A stretch of 64,000 nt of DNA from Candidatus Latescibacterota bacterium. Lineage in GTDB: Bacteria; Latescibacterota; UBA2968; GCA-2709665. Both the position numbers and the translations under genes were made by a program. This document shows, piece by piece, positions 41,428 to 52,656 of the stretch. The stretch is taken from NCBI GenBank assembly GCA_963667175.2, contig CAXXXF010000015.1, positions 512,001 to 576,000 of the forward strand. The letters run 5' to 3'. Numbering within the stretch: position 1 is the first letter of the stretch; each line of letters opens with the position of its first letter. The notes beneath the pieces were generated by a model. It was not told the origin of the DNA and did no database searches. It was given only the letters and a program-made list of their open reading frames with translations.

Positions 41428-41642
41428 AATCAACAGGCGGGAAGAAACATGGATGGACCTGCCTGCTGAAGCAGGCGAGGCAGGCAGGATGGGCAGGATA
41501 AAGACGAAAAGGCGCGACAAAGGCACGAGAAAACGAGGAAAAACGAATCGCGCGACAAAGGCACGAGAAAACGAACATCAGAAACTACGAAACACGCGAA
41601 AGAAACGAAAAATCCGAGGCTGAAGTCAGTTGCCACAAGAGG

Positions 41643-41675
41643 CCTGCCCGCAGCACAGGGCACTGCGCAGGCAGG
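41643..41675. repeat. 33-bp CCTGCC...GGCAGG palindromic micro-element (also 44162-44194 and 63469-63501; shorter copy at 41458)
   Basis: Shared CCTGCC(T/C)GC / GCAGGCAGG termini around a variable loop. Confidence 0.8.
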
Positions 41676-41739
41676 CGCATAACCACAGTGTTGCACGTCA
41701 GCCTGACACACCAACACGACGACGGCCGACTCGACATTG

Positions 41740-41831
41740 GACGGATCAGGGTTTTCGTTAAATTCTCCACTCATGTTATTGAAAATCAACCGATTATACG
41801 AAAAAGTCACCGGTTTTCGTGAGTAATCCAG
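41740..41831 (-). mobile_element. Possible isolated IS end (IS1380-like terminal sequence)
   Basis: The minus strand begins CTGGATTACTCAC..., recalling IS1380-type left ends from memory; no transposase present. Confidence 0.25.
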
Positions 41832-41942
41832 AATACGCTGTGCAATGCGGTTTTTTGTGATTAGGCATTGTCTGGTGCGGCATGCGCGGAAGCGGTAGTA
41901 CCTTGACTTTTGATCTTGATTTTGGCATTATTGTGACGTCGT

Positions 41943-42359
41943 GTGGAGACTTCTGCCAATCGAATGGAGCGCGAAGTGTTGGATTCGGAAGATTGGACGA
42001 TATTTCCATCGGAATTGTATTTGAGGAAGCAAAAGTGGTTTGAGAAGAAGGATAAAGATGTGATCGTAGCCCTGATGACGAATTGGGCGAGAGTTTTTGG
42101 TGCTTTAAACGATGGTGTACCGTTGGGGGAGGTACGCAAGCGGGGCAAGGTTCGTGGTGGTGGAGATCGAGGCCTGCTCGAAATTGATCAGAGAGGTCGA
42201 GGAAATCTGCCGGAAGCTCGTCTTTATGTGTATCCAGATAATGAGACCCGAACCTTGTATTTCATAACGATGGGATATAAGGACGCACAAGATACGGATC
42301 TCAAGGATTGCAAAAGGTATATTGACAAACTTGAGGCCCAGAACCAGAAGAGGAAATGA
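41943..42359 (+). CDS. Hypothetical toxin-like protein (RelE/HigB-like)
   Basis: Basic; LLEI.....ARLYVY.....LYFIT.G.K..Q..D pattern; precedes an HTH gene. Confidence 0.55.
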   Translation: METSANRMEREVLDSEDWTIFPSELYLRKQKWFEKKDKDVIVALMTNWARVFGALNDGVPLGEVRKRGKVRGGGDRGLLEIDQRGRGNLPEARLYVYPDNETRTLYFITMGYKDAQDTDLKDCKRYIDKLEAQNQKRK

Positions 42360-42368
42360 GGAGGCGCC

Positions 42369-43028
42369 ATGTCCAAGCGGTACAGCTCAGTAATGGAAAT
42401 GGTGAGGGACACGACAGAAGATCGTGAGCTTTGCGACGAGTTAGAGAAGGAGATCAGGGATCACGGCTGTGCGTTTTTCTTGCATTCTGTCAGGTGCAAA
42501 GCAAAAATGTCGCAGCGGGCTCTGGCCAAGAAGCTTGGCACTTCTGAGGAGCATATTGATGCTTTGGAGTCCAGTCGAAATTCAGAGTTGACTCTTGAAG
42601 ATGTTGCACGGTATGCTTCCGGACTTGGTCTCAAGTGTGGGATCTCCTTCGAAAGCGAAGATGCTACTTCTGTTGATATGGTTAAGTTTCACACGCTTCA
42701 AGTTTTCCATTATTTGAACCATCTGGCAACTCTTGTAGAAGACGATCACGCTATCAAGCAAGGCGTGGAGAACTTTTTCGAAGAGTATATGTACAACGCG
42801 ATTCTTCTATTTTTGAAGAGTCACAGAGATGTTCAGGGCATTGCTCGCAGTGACGATGAATTGGAGCAGATAACCAGGACCGCTCAAAAAACTGTGATGA
42901 AATTGTCGAAAAACAAAAGAAAAAAGGCGCCGGAACTTGCGATGGTTCTCTATGGTGGAGGGCCGATGGTGAAAATCCCGGCGGCACTATCTTCTGCAAC
43001 CGAACCGGCGACGGCGGGGTCGGGGTAA
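42369..43028 (+). CDS. XRE/Cro HTH protein, putative antitoxin
   Basis: RCKAKMSQRALAKKLGTSEEHIDALES HTH; GAGGAGG RBS. Confidence 0.75.
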   Translation: MSKRYSSVMEMVRDTTEDRELCDELEKEIRDHGCAFFLHSVRCKAKMSQRALAKKLGTSEEHIDALESSRNSELTLEDVARYASGLGLKCGISFESEDATSVDMVKFHTLQVFHYLNHLATLVEDDHAIKQGVENFFEEYMYNAILLFLKSHRDVQGIARSDDELEQITRTAQKTVMKLSKNKRKKAPELAMVLYGGGPMVKIPAALSSATEPATAGSG

Positions 43029-43044
43029 AGGCGCGCCGTGAAGA

Positions 43045-43072
43045 AAGTCCAGGCGTGTTCCTGGGCTTTTTT
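43045..43072 (+). terminator. Rho-independent terminator
   Basis: AAGTCCAGG-cgtgtt-CCTGGGCTT followed by TTTT. Confidence 0.7.
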
Positions 43073-43228
43073 ATCAAGAACAGGCGTACCATGATACCCT
43101 CAAACGGTCTGTCAAGTTAAGTATATTAGCCCCAACCCAATCCTCACAAGACGTCATCAGGACACACCGCGACTCGCCGTCGTCTTCACCTTATGAAAAT
43201 GGTAGGCGTTTTCTACGGGTTCACCTGA

Positions 43229-43500
43229 AACCTCGACTTCTCAGAATAGGGCGACGCCTTCCCCAATCGACACCTCGGCGCCGAAACCCTCGACCGCCTC
43301 AGACACGGCGCCTATCGCGTCATCCTCGACGGCGACAGCTATCGCTCCCCAAAACCCTTACCACAATCACCCAAAAAACACCTTGGAAAGGAGACTCAAA
43401 AACACTAATTACATGCCCCTTCCGAAACCCCCAAAATCGTCACTTCCAGGTGGCTCCATTATGCCGATCATGGGTGGCCTCATTGGGGCGATCCGTGACA
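43229..43500 (+). mobile_element. istB: IS21-family remnant: istB C-terminus and right end
   Basis: NLDFSE*GDAFPNRHLGAETLDRLRHGAYRVILDGDSYR (TGG>TAG); ends in repeated GGTGGC..CATT..GC.GATC motifs and terminal TGACA. Confidence 0.8.
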
Positions 43501-43525
43501 GTTACTCCACCGAAAGGAGTTAAGA

Positions 43526-43699
43526 ATGGATCGAGAAATAATCACCTATACGATTGCGGGCGAGCCGGCGAAGGTTGAGTTTGTTGATGACCCTTCAAAG
43601 CCGGGCTGGGACGACATCCCAGCCCTTGAATGGGAAGGATACGAAAGTCCTGTGGTGGAAAAGCCAGGACAACAATCGACGAAAACAAACTCGTCATAA
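43526..43699 (+). CDS. Small acidic hypothetical protein (57 aa)
   Basis: AAGGAG RBS; MDREIITYTIAGEPAKVEFVDD...; below the ORF-track cutoff. Confidence 0.45.
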   Translation: MDREIITYTIAGEPAKVEFVDDPSKPGWDDIPALEWEGYESPVVEKPGQQSTKTNSS

Positions 43700-43886
43700 G
43701 CATTTTCATTCTCACTTACAGAAGTTCAGTAAATGCAACCACTTAGCGGCGACTGTTTTCCAATCACGTCAAAGGCCCCGGCTACCACGGGGTCTTGTTG
43801 TCTTGCGGGCGTCGTCCTTATATAGAACGTAATACGTACGACACCTCTACAATTGACAGGCAACAGCCGCTGTTTCAAGAAACGAG

Positions 43887-43921
43887 AAAAAAACCCGCGC
43901 CATGTCGGTAGCGGGTTTTTT
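43887..43921. terminator. Bidirectional terminator-like hairpin
   Basis: A-run-CCCGC...GCGGG-T-run. Confidence 0.65.
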
Positions 43922-44012
43922 GATTCACCAGGCGGCCAGTGAAAGCAAGTCCTGGCGACCTGTCTCAGGTGGTCGATACAATCAAGCGATTTCTCAAACG
44001 GACATTTGAAAG

Positions 44013-44201
44013 GGTGGAGCAGACATTCCTGTCTGCTCACATCAAACCCAAACCTCACAAGACGTAATCGGGGCACACCTCGACTCGCCTTCCTCTTCAC
44101 CATAGGAAAATGGAAGGCGTTTTGTACGGGTTCACCTGAACCGGGCAGACAAGAATGTCCGCCTGCCTGCCGCGCTCCGCTTGGCGCAGGCAGGCCCCAC
44201 C
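44013..44201. repeat. Inverted GTGG-type REP pair; the right REP is interrupted by the 33-bp palindrome
   Basis: GGTGGAGCAGACATTCCTGTCTGCTC and GGCAGACAAGAATGTCCG[33 bp]CCCCACC. Confidence 0.7.
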
Positions 44202-44202
44202 T

Positions 44203-45453
44203 TCAGACACGCTGATTCATATGCCGGATGATCTCTGTTACGCTACACTCGGGCGCAGTTACGTCAAACGGAACACAGGCCAGCGACAACGCTTTGTCAA
44301 ATTTGAATTCTTCGGTCTTGTCGAACTCCTTCGTCTTCGGATAGACCAGCGCGACCTTTTCGCATTCGTATTTCTTTCCATAAGCGAACATCTGATACAT
44401 ATCGGCCTGGTGAATGTCGTGTTTCAGGTCGCCGTCTTCCGCGTTGATGCGCTTCCATTTCGTGTCGAGGATTAACCGCACGCCGTCGTGACTCGTAAGG
44501 CAGATATCCGGCTTCATACAGAAGACCTTCCTGTCGTCAATATACGCTAAAGGTTCTGACGGTCCTTGCTGTCTCACCTTGAATTGGCGCTGGTGCCGCC
44601 GGAATGACGCCGCTACGAAGTCCTCAAATATCTCCCACATCGGAAAAAGCAACGTCTGGTTGACGTGTCTACCGGAGAACGTGGTCAGGCCGTGATTGAA
44701 GAGAAACAGGCCGACCCACTGCATCACCGCGTCGTAATGTTGAATCGTACGATCCAGACGATGCCGGTCCCAGTCGCTCTGGTGGTTCGTGGAGAGCGGA
44801 ATGTCGGAAAAGCTGACCCGTAACTGGTGGAGCAACTGCTGGTTTCTCGGTTGCCGTGCGTTCCCGGTCAGTTCTTTAATCGTGCTATGGATCAATCGAT
44901 TGGCGGGTCGGTTTGCGCTGAACACGTCATAGCCTGCGTAGAAACGTGCACGGTTAGCCATGTTCTCACGAATGTGTTGGGGAAACTGAATGCGCCCTCG
45001 AAGGCAGGGCAGGTTCTCCTCCACCGGTTGATATTGGCGGGCAAGACCGCGCTGCGTGAGCATCACGAGGTTGTTCAAGAACAGGTGGGCGAACACCTCC
45101 AGCATATTGAAGCGTCGCACGGCGTTGATCTGGCTCTCGTTGAACTGGGCAGCCGATTTGAAACCGCGCCAGGTGCGCAGCATATTGAAAAACACCCGTT
45201 TTGTTTCTTCGATCTCCGCGCCTTCGACGAAATCCACCTTAGGGAGGATTTCCAGTACCGTTCCCTTGCGGGTTTCGATAATCCCGACGTAGTTTCCGGC
45301 AAATAGCCTTCCGTTCCTCACTGTCAGTACCGGTCGGTAGTTGTTCAGCTCATCTGCTTGATTCTCAATGGCGAAATCCTTCAGGCCTTTCAGTTCTTCA
45401 TCGCTGAGACCGGTCAGTTCTTCGTGTTCTCTGACTATCTTGGTGTCGGGCAT
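44203..45453 (-). CDS. mcrC: McrC family restriction endonuclease subunit
   Basis: NYVGII, LEILPK, NRPANRLI, LFPM..IFEDFV, MKPD..ILDTKWK, DMYQMFAYG. Confidence 0.92.
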   Translation of the reverse strand: MPDTKIVREHEELTGLSDEELKGLKDFAIENQADELNNYRPVLTVRNGRLFAGNYVGIIETRKGTVLEILPKVDFVEGAEIEETKRVFFNMLRTWRGFKSAAQFNESQINAVRRFNMLEVFAHLFLNNLVMLTQRGLARQYQPVEENLPCLRGRIQFPQHIRENMANRARFYAGYDVFSANRPANRLIHSTIKELTGNARQPRNQQLLHQLRVSFSDIPLSTNHQSDWDRHRLDRTIQHYDAVMQWVGLFLFNHGLTTFSGRHVNQTLLFPMWEIFEDFVAASFRRHQRQFKVRQQGPSEPLAYIDDRKVFCMKPDICLTSHDGVRLILDTKWKRINAEDGDLKHDIHQADMYQMFAYGKKYECEKVALVYPKTKEFDKTEEFKFDKALSLACVPFDVTAPECSVTEIIRHMNQRV

Positions 45454-45455
45454 AT

Positions 45456-47651
45456 TTAAACGTCCTCTTTACTCTCGCCGACATCTGCTTGTACGCTATT
45501 CTTGTAGATCTTGAGATAACTTTCGGGGGCCTCCCACTTGCCGTTATTGAATGGCAATAACTCATAAATCTTTTTCTGTTCATCAACAAACTCGCTCAAG
45601 TCTTCTGGGCAATCCTTTTGTAACTCCCCTGAGATATCTTCAACAAAGGGGTTATGGTTTAGCACCATTTTGATTTTCTTCCAGTCGTCGTAGAAGTATT
45701 CCTGTAGTAACGGGACAATCTTGTTTTTAAAGGCTTTAGCAAGGTCGCCCATTTTCTCGACATTCATGAAGTACGTATGACCGATCTGATGGTCCCGATC
45801 GAGAAGGATACGGATGCGTTTGTTCATAACCTTAAGTAATTCCTGGCAATTCACACCTTCGATATCGTCAGAAACCAGCGTTGGATCGGGCATCATCTCG
45901 ACGAAGTTAAACCGTCGCCGCAATGCCGTATCCAATAGGGCGATGGACCGATCAGCGGTATTCATTGTGCCGATGATGTACAGGTTGTCCGGTACTCCGA
46001 ATTCCTCCTTAGAATACGGGAGCGTGACGGTCGCCGGATCATTGCCGCCAGTACGTTTGGAGTCTTCAATCAGGGTAATCAACTCGCCGAAAATCTTCGC
46101 GATATTGCCGCGGTTGATTTCATCGATGATCAGGACGTACTTCCGCTTACTGTCAGTCCTGGCACTTTCTGCGATTCTCCGGAAGACACCTAGCGATAGC
46201 ACATAGTCAAGATTCCCATCCTCATCAGCGTTTTTGCGAAGGACCGGCCTGATGCCCTCGATAAAGTCCTCGTAGTTATAGCTCTGATGAAACGTTACCA
46301 TCTCGAACTGGCCGCTCTCTTTCAACTCATTAAATCGGCGCATCTTGTCTTCACGCTCTTCCTTGCTTTCCGTTTCGAACTGGTCCACAGGCTTGTTGTC
46401 AATAATCGCCAGCGCATAGTCAACCGTGTTCCACGTCTTGCCCGTTCCGGGGGGTCCGTAAAGGATCTGATTCAAGGGAGGTAGGTGTTTCTTAGGCTCT
46501 GTTCCCGATTCCATGGCATCCTCATCGTCTCCGGACTCATCCTCTGTATGTTCTCCGTTCAATTTCCCCATTAATTCAATCGAAGGCTTGTACTCATCGG
46601 CCCGAACGAAAAGCGAAAGAATTCCCCTTTCGGTCGTCCTGCTAAAGCCAGGTTGTTGTTTCACGTTACCCTTGGGTAGTTTGCATTCCGACTTGTTTAT
46701 CCACAACACATGAATTCTGCCCTTCTCTGTCCATTTGCCATCCCCATGATAATCGTTCTTGTAGACGACACCAATCGCCCGCGCCATTTGTATTCCCGTT
46801 CTAACCAGGACAATGTTCCCCGGGGTGGGTTCAGTCAGATGAGGATACTGGCCCCAGCCCGTAAACACCCAGTTATTTTCCTTAAAACTATCATCACGTT
46901 CTTCCCAATAATCATCGCTGTCAGGATCATTTACGAAAGTGCTGATTTGATAGAATCTATCGCTCACTTTAATTTTCTCGGATCTGTGCAGATACAAGAA
47001 CATATTGATTTCATAGGGCTTGCACCCAGGAAAACCACTGTTCAGCTTCTGAATAAAAGTGTTGTATTCCTTAAAGCCGCCGGGTCCATTGATCTCACGC
47101 TGCAATTCTGAGGGCCGTCTCAGATCCAGTGCCTCCGACAGCTCATCGGTTAAACTGTCCACGGGTTGGAAGTATTCAGGGTTTATCAAAAACAATGTCT
47201 GGGTCAATCTCGTTACTCCAACTCCGCTCAACTTTAACGCGTTTTCGAAATCAGTTGGATCGATCGTCGGTTCATCCTTTACGGCGTCACTAAACAACCG
47301 CCAAAGTAATTCATGACCTGAGTCACTCCTTTCATAAAAGATGTTAAACCGGGACTGGGGAGTGGGAAAGATGTAGTAATCGTAAACTTCCGTATCTGGA
47401 AGCGGCCTTTCTATTCCAAATTCACGGCTTACACTCTCGTACACGGTTTTCAGTTGGCTCGTACCAGCCTTCGAAGCCAAGAAATAAAAGAACGAAAAAG
47501 GATCGATGCCCTGATCTCCGTACCTTAACAGAGGCGGGTTTTCGCCCCACTCGATCTTCTTGGCTCTGTCGATCAGATACCCCTTACCGCCTTCCGAGAT
47601 GTTTTCTGCCAACTCTCGAAACCACAGTACCCAGTCGTAAATCTCTTTCAT
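45456..47651 (-). CDS. mcrB: McrB family AAA+ GTPase with divergent N-terminal specificity domains
   Basis: [58 protein letters not shown]. Confidence 0.93.
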   Translation of the reverse strand: MKEIYDWVLWFRELAENISEGGKGYLIDRAKKIEWGENPPLLRYGDQGIDPFSFFYFLASKAGTSQLKTVYESVSREFGIERPLPDTEVYDYYIFPTPQSRFNIFYERSDSGHELLWRLFSDAVKDEPTIDPTDFENALKLSGVGVTRLTQTLFLINPEYFQPVDSLTDELSEALDLRRPSELQREINGPGGFKEYNTFIQKLNSGFPGCKPYEINMFLYLHRSEKIKVSDRFYQISTFVNDPDSDDYWEERDDSFKENNWVFTGWGQYPHLTEPTPGNIVLVRTGIQMARAIGVVYKNDYHGDGKWTEKGRIHVLWINKSECKLPKGNVKQQPGFSRTTERGILSLFVRADEYKPSIELMGKLNGEHTEDESGDDEDAMESGTEPKKHLPPLNQILYGPPGTGKTWNTVDYALAIIDNKPVDQFETESKEEREDKMRRFNELKESGQFEMVTFHQSYNYEDFIEGIRPVLRKNADEDGNLDYVLSLGVFRRIAESARTDSKRKYVLIIDEINRGNIAKIFGELITLIEDSKRTGGNDPATVTLPYSKEEFGVPDNLYIIGTMNTADRSIALLDTALRRRFNFVEMMPDPTLVSDDIEGVNCQELLKVMNKRIRILLDRDHQIGHTYFMNVEKMGDLAKAFKNKIVPLLQEYFYDDWKKIKMVLNHNPFVEDISGELQKDCPEDLSEFVDEQKKIYELLPFNNGKWEAPESYLKIYKNSVQADVGESKEDV

Positions 47652-47809
47652 CTTGGTATGTCCTTCCCCTCGGAGGATTGGAACGGATAAACGATTAAGA
47701 CAGGATGCCGGCGTTACTCTATCCGCGGGCTACTTGCCAGTGGACCGAGAAGACAACCCTTCTAAGTGATCTGTAAGGTGCTGATCGCCGACGGCTGAGT
47801 GCTGAGAGC

Positions 47810-48430
47810 TTATATCAACCCCTTTCCCGTCGCGATGGCGACGGCTTCGGTGCGGTTCCCGGCGTCGAGTCTGGCCAGAATCTCGCTGACGTGGAACTTG
47901 ACGGTGCGTTCGGAGACGTAGAGTTGATCGGCGATTTCTTTGTTCAAAAGACCCGTTGCAACCAGTTTCAGCACTTCCTTCTGACGCGGCGTCAACGCAT
48001 CGGGGTTGTTGACGCTCTCCAGCAATTTGGAAGCAACCAGGGGTTCGAGCAGCGACCCGCCTTCGTGTACCACACGAACGGCGCGAAACAGCTCCTCTCT
48101 GGGCGAGCCCTTCAGCAGATAGCCTCTTGCGCCGGCCTTCATCGCGGAAACAATGCGCTCGTCCGTGTCAAAGACCGTAAATACAATCGTCCGTGCCCGG
48201 ACCTTGCATTCCTTCAATCGTCGAAGGGTCTCGATTCCATCCACGCCGGGCATCTCCAGGTCAAGCAACAGCACGTCCGGGTCACATCCGGCAATCTTCC
48301 GCATCGCCTCTTCCCCGTCGCCGGCTTCTCCGACGACCTCGAAATCGCTCTGCGTACCCAGCATCGCCGCCAGGCCGTCGCGCACAACCGGATGATCGTC
48401 GACAATCAGAATGCGAATCGGGGCGGTCAT
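47810..48430 (-). CDS. NarL/LuxR family response regulator
   Basis: IVDDH, DLEMP, GYLLK, LTPRQ.EVL, NKEIA, TVKFH. Confidence 0.95.
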   Translation of the reverse strand: MTAPIRILIVDDHPVVRDGLAAMLGTQSDFEVVGEAGDGEEAMRKIAGCDPDVLLLDLEMPGVDGIETLRRLKECKVRARTIVFTVFDTDERIVSAMKAGARGYLLKGSPREELFRAVRVVHEGGSLLEPLVASKLLESVNNPDALTPRQKEVLKLVATGLLNKEIADQLYVSERTVKFHVSEILARLDAGNRTEAVAIATGKGLI

Positions 48431-49587
48431 TTCTTGCTCCGCGAAGGAATGCGAATTCTCAATCGCGTACCCTTTCCCTGCGAACTCTCGATTTCCAGTG
48501 AGCCCCCCAGCAAACGCGCCCGCTCGCGCATCCCGACCAGCCCATGTCGACCAGGGGGCACGTTTGAAGGGTCGAATCCGCAGCCGTCGTCCTCGACGAT
48601 CAGGGAAACGTAATCGGGCGTTGACGTCAGTTCGACAGACACGACACTTGCGTTCGCATGCGCCGTGACGTTGTTCATCGCTTCCTGTGCGATGCGATAC
48701 AGGCCGGTTTCAACGCTCGCGGACAGAGGATATCCGCCGACGCAATTTACCCGGACGTCCAGACCTGCCCCGGATCCGATCTCCGTCACCAGGGCTTCCA
48801 GCGCTCCGGTCAGCGAGCGTTCCTCGAGCGGGGCGGCGCGGAGATCCTGAACGGCGCGGCGCGCATCCTCGAGATTGCCGCGAGCCATCGCGATTGCGTC
48901 GCGCACGATATCCGACAGCTTTTCTCGGCCCGTATCGTCCTCAAGCAGCGCATCCAGCGTCTCCAGCCGCATGAGAATCGCCGCGAGATTCTGGCCGAGC
49001 GTGTCGTGTATCTCTCGCGCAAGCCGGATTCGCTCATCCACCGCGCCGGTTTCCACGCTCTGTTCGTAGAAACGCGCCCGTTCAATCGCGATGCTCGTCA
49101 GATCGCCGATGGTATTGAGCAGTCGCAGGTCTTCGGCCGAGAGTTCTCGCCACGCGGCGCTGGCCACGTTCAACACGCCTACCTTCTTTCGTTTCGCGTA
49201 CAGCGGTATGCTCGCGTGATACTTCAAGCCCTCCGAGCCTTCGACAAGCCCTTTCAGCCTGCTGCATGCCACGACGTTCACGTTCGCGGCGCCCTTCAAA
49301 TCACCTTTCCGATAGGTGTCCAGGCAATAGCACCATCCGCCCATCTTGACCGGGTTGTCGCGCAACGCGGGCGGAAGGTTTTGCGCAGCGGCCAGATACG
49401 GCTCACCGGTCTCTTCGCTGAGGAGCCATATCCAGCTTGTCCTCAGGTCGAGCAATGCGGCTACTTTTCGAAGTGCCGCTTCTAGCGCCTGATCGAGACC
49501 CACGGACTGGTTCAATTCGTGGGCAATCTCGTTCAGAACCGTGAGTTCGCGATTGCGTCGTTTGAGTTGGTCGTTTGGCGTCGGCAT
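48427..49587 (-). CDS. Cytoplasmic GAF-domain sensor histidine kinase (HisKA_3)
   Basis: GAF; ERIRLAREIHD; QEAMNN..HA; DDG.GF; GLVGMRER. Confidence 0.93.
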   Translation of the reverse strand: MPTPNDQLKRRNRELTVLNEIAHELNQSVGLDQALEAALRKVAALLDLRTSWIWLLSEETGEPYLAAAQNLPPALRDNPVKMGGWCYCLDTYRKGDLKGAANVNVVACSRLKGLVEGSEGLKYHASIPLYAKRKKVGVLNVASAAWRELSAEDLRLLNTIGDLTSIAIERARFYEQSVETGAVDERIRLAREIHDTLGQNLAAILMRLETLDALLEDDTGREKLSDIVRDAIAMARGNLEDARRAVQDLRAAPLEERSLTGALEALVTEIGSGAGLDVRVNCVGGYPLSASVETGLYRIAQEAMNNVTAHANASVVSVELTSTPDYVSLIVEDDGCGFDPSNVPPGRHGLVGMRERARLLGGSLEIESSQGKGTRLRIRIPSRSKK

Positions 49588-49648
49588 GGCGTTCGTCGCT
49601 GGTATCCTGTTGTTTTCGCATCTTACGACCTGCCAATATATCTCCGGT

Positions 49649-50755
49649 TCAAGGCAAAATCAAATGCAGATCGCCAAACTCGTGCCACAGATACCCTTCA
49701 TTGAGCGCCGCTTCATACGTCAATTGAAGATGCTTCAACCCCGCCAATGCCTGCAGCATGGCGAGATGTGATGCCCGGGGCTCATGGAATCCGGTCAACA
49801 GTCCGTCTACAATCCGCATGGGTCGTTGCGGAGAGATGACAAGCGACGTCCACCCTTCGCCGTGCGAAACCTTTCCGGCGCGGTCGGCGACGGTCTCCAG
49901 CGCGCGGACCACCGTGGTGCCGACGGCGATGATCCGTCCGTCATTTTCGCGCGCGAGGTTGATTGCCCGCGCCGATTCGCCCGGAACGCGGTAATACTCC
50001 TCGAAAGGCGGTTCGTCGGCTTCCAGACTTGCCACGCCGGTGTGCAGGATCAGCGGCGCGACCTGAATGCCCTTTGCGACCAGCTTTGTGATGACCTCGG
50101 GCGTGAACGCGCGGCCTGCCGATGGCATCTCAGCGCTTCCTGCTTCGGTTGCATAGACGTTCTGGTAAACCTCAATGGGCCAGTTCTCTCGAACGTATCC
50201 ATACCGGATTGGCGCGCCGTAGACGTCCATGTACGTATCCACGTCGTAGGGCAACGCCAGCGTAGCTATCCATAGACGAACATCGGCGCCCGGACCGTCC
50301 CGCAACTCAGGCCTGTAGGGCGCGTGCAGATGCGCCGATCCGCCACCGGGCAACGCGAAGACCTCACCGGGTCGTGCGTGAAGGAACGGACGTGTCCCAT
50401 CCGATGAGCGCATTTCAACCATCCACATTTCGGCCGGCAGACGCGTTGACAGATGCAGCCTCAGTTCAGAACCATCGGCCCGGATGGCCGGCAGTGACGC
50501 TTTCCGGGTTCCACTTGTATTGATCGCCAAAATGTCTCCGGGGCGAAGCACGTCGGGAAGATCGCGAAATCCGACGTGTTCAATCGAATCGTCACTTATT
50601 CGCGACACCATCAGCCGGACCTCGTCCCGACCGAGGCCGCGCGCTTCCGGCGGTTCTCCTGCCTCGAGGCTCGATGGCAGATCAAAGGAAAGAGTATCAA
50701 GGTTTGTGTCAGGATTCGTGACAGGCGATACCAGATCCGGCATCGAATTGGACAT
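49649..50755 (-). CDS. QueA-like protein (SAM:tRNA ribosyltransferase-isomerase family, divergent subgroup)
   Basis: PPEARG..RD.VRL, GSAEMPSAGRAF, HTGV.S, AVGTT, TGFHEP, YLWHEFGD. Confidence 0.88.
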   Translation of the reverse strand: MSNSMPDLVSPVTNPDTNLDTLSFDLPSSLEAGEPPEARGLGRDEVRLMVSRISDDSIEHVGFRDLPDVLRPGDILAINTSGTRKASLPAIRADGSELRLHLSTRLPAEMWMVEMRSSDGTRPFLHARPGEVFALPGGGSAHLHAPYRPELRDGPGADVRLWIATLALPYDVDTYMDVYGAPIRYGYVRENWPIEVYQNVYATEAGSAEMPSAGRAFTPEVITKLVAKGIQVAPLILHTGVASLEADEPPFEEYYRVPGESARAINLARENDGRIIAVGTTVVRALETVADRAGKVSHGEGWTSLVISPQRPMRIVDGLLTGFHEPRASHLAMLQALAGLKHLQLTYEAALNEGYLWHEFGDLHLILP

Positions 50756-50774
50756 AATCCACCCCCTGCGAAAA

Positions 50775-51479
50775 TCAGCTATCGGTCACGCTGAAAGATT
50801 CACGTGCGGCGTAACGACCGCTGTCATAATCGCCTTCCAGCAATTCAAGAAAACCAGGGACACTGGCCTCCGGCAATGGCCTGTCTTCGATGTCTTCACC
50901 AGGAAACGCGTCCTGGTGCATCTGCGTCCGCATATCGCCCGGATCCACCCAGTAGACCCGCCAGTCCGGACGTTCCGCGGCCAACACGTTCGAAAGCTGT
51001 TCGACCGCCGCCTTGGATGAACCGTACCCGCCCCAGCCCTCATACGCCTCCCTCGCGGCGTCGCTGGTCACGTTGATCACACGTGCGCCGAGCTTCAATG
51101 CCACCTGTACCGCCTGCAGAACCCCGAGCGGCGCCACAACATTAGCGCGATACACGTCTTCCAGGATATCGAGCGGATAATCCAGCAATCCCGTCTGGGG
51201 ACTCGGACCCAGCATGCCGGCGTTGTTGATCACCGCATCCAACCCTCCCGCCTCAATTGCGGCTTGTGCCAGCTTCAAGCGGTCTTCGGCGCGTGTCACG
51301 TCTCCGGGAACAGCGATGACGTCCGTCCGCTTTGCCAATCCCTCACGCGCGGCTTCCAGCGCCACCGCGTCTCTGCCGTTGATGACCAGGCCCCATCCTC
51401 TCCGTGCGAGTGCTCGCGAGAGAGCAAGGCCCAGACCCCGGGATGCGCCTGTTATAAGTGCAGTTCGTATTGACATCAT
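50775..51479 (-). CDS. Short-chain dehydrogenase/reductase
   Basis: TGASRGLG, NNAG, YGSSK, DPGDMRT. Confidence 0.92.
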   Translation of the reverse strand: MMSIRTALITGASRGLGLALSRALARRGWGLVINGRDAVALEAAREGLAKRTDVIAVPGDVTRAEDRLKLAQAAIEAGGLDAVINNAGMLGPSPQTGLLDYPLDILEDVYRANVVAPLGVLQAVQVALKLGARVINVTSDAAREAYEGWGGYGSSKAAVEQLSNVLAAERPDWRVYWVDPGDMRTQMHQDAFPGEDIEDRPLPEASVPGFLELLEGDYDSGRYAARESFSVTDS

Positions 51480-51548
51480 CAGCCTCCTCTCGAATTATTA
51501 CCAAGAGCAGTAAATAGTGGACAGTGGCCAGTGGTCAGGAAGAGCAGT

Positions 51549-52309
<761 letters not shown>

Positions 52310-52468
52310 TATCAGCTTTCATTTATTTTCAGGAGCAGCAAATAGTCGACATCCGGATCCAACCAAAGAAGAGTGGGAGGATGTAAACAATACGGTGCTC
52401 CCCGTAATAGACCGCCGAATGTGATGAAACACCGCTGTCTTGTCGTGGTAGAAATGTATTTAAATAAA

Positions 52469-52493
52469 AAGCCCTCCGCATCGAACGGAGGGC
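52469..52493. terminator. Terminator-like hairpin downstream of the heparinase gene
   Basis: GCCCTCCG-catcgaa-CGGAGGGC with an A-run on the + strand (T-run on the - strand). Confidence 0.6.
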
Positions 52494-52656
52494 CTGTTTG
52501 AATCCTGTACTTTCGTGCAGGGAAAACCTGCCTACATGATCAGGGTATCGCGCATAACCAGGGCTACCCGGTGTTGTTCGTCAGCAAACGTGAACCGTTT
52601 GAGAAGTGTGCTGGTGAGGGTGTGCATCGCCCTGTTGTCGCGATGTGTTTCGCACC

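Noticed and set aside
49649-50755. Calling this canonical queA
   Set aside because: Divergent motifs and context; left as QueA-like.
52532-52627. 31-aa minus-strand ORF MHTLTSTLLKRF...
   Set aside because: Weak RBS and no recognisable motif; cannot be supported.
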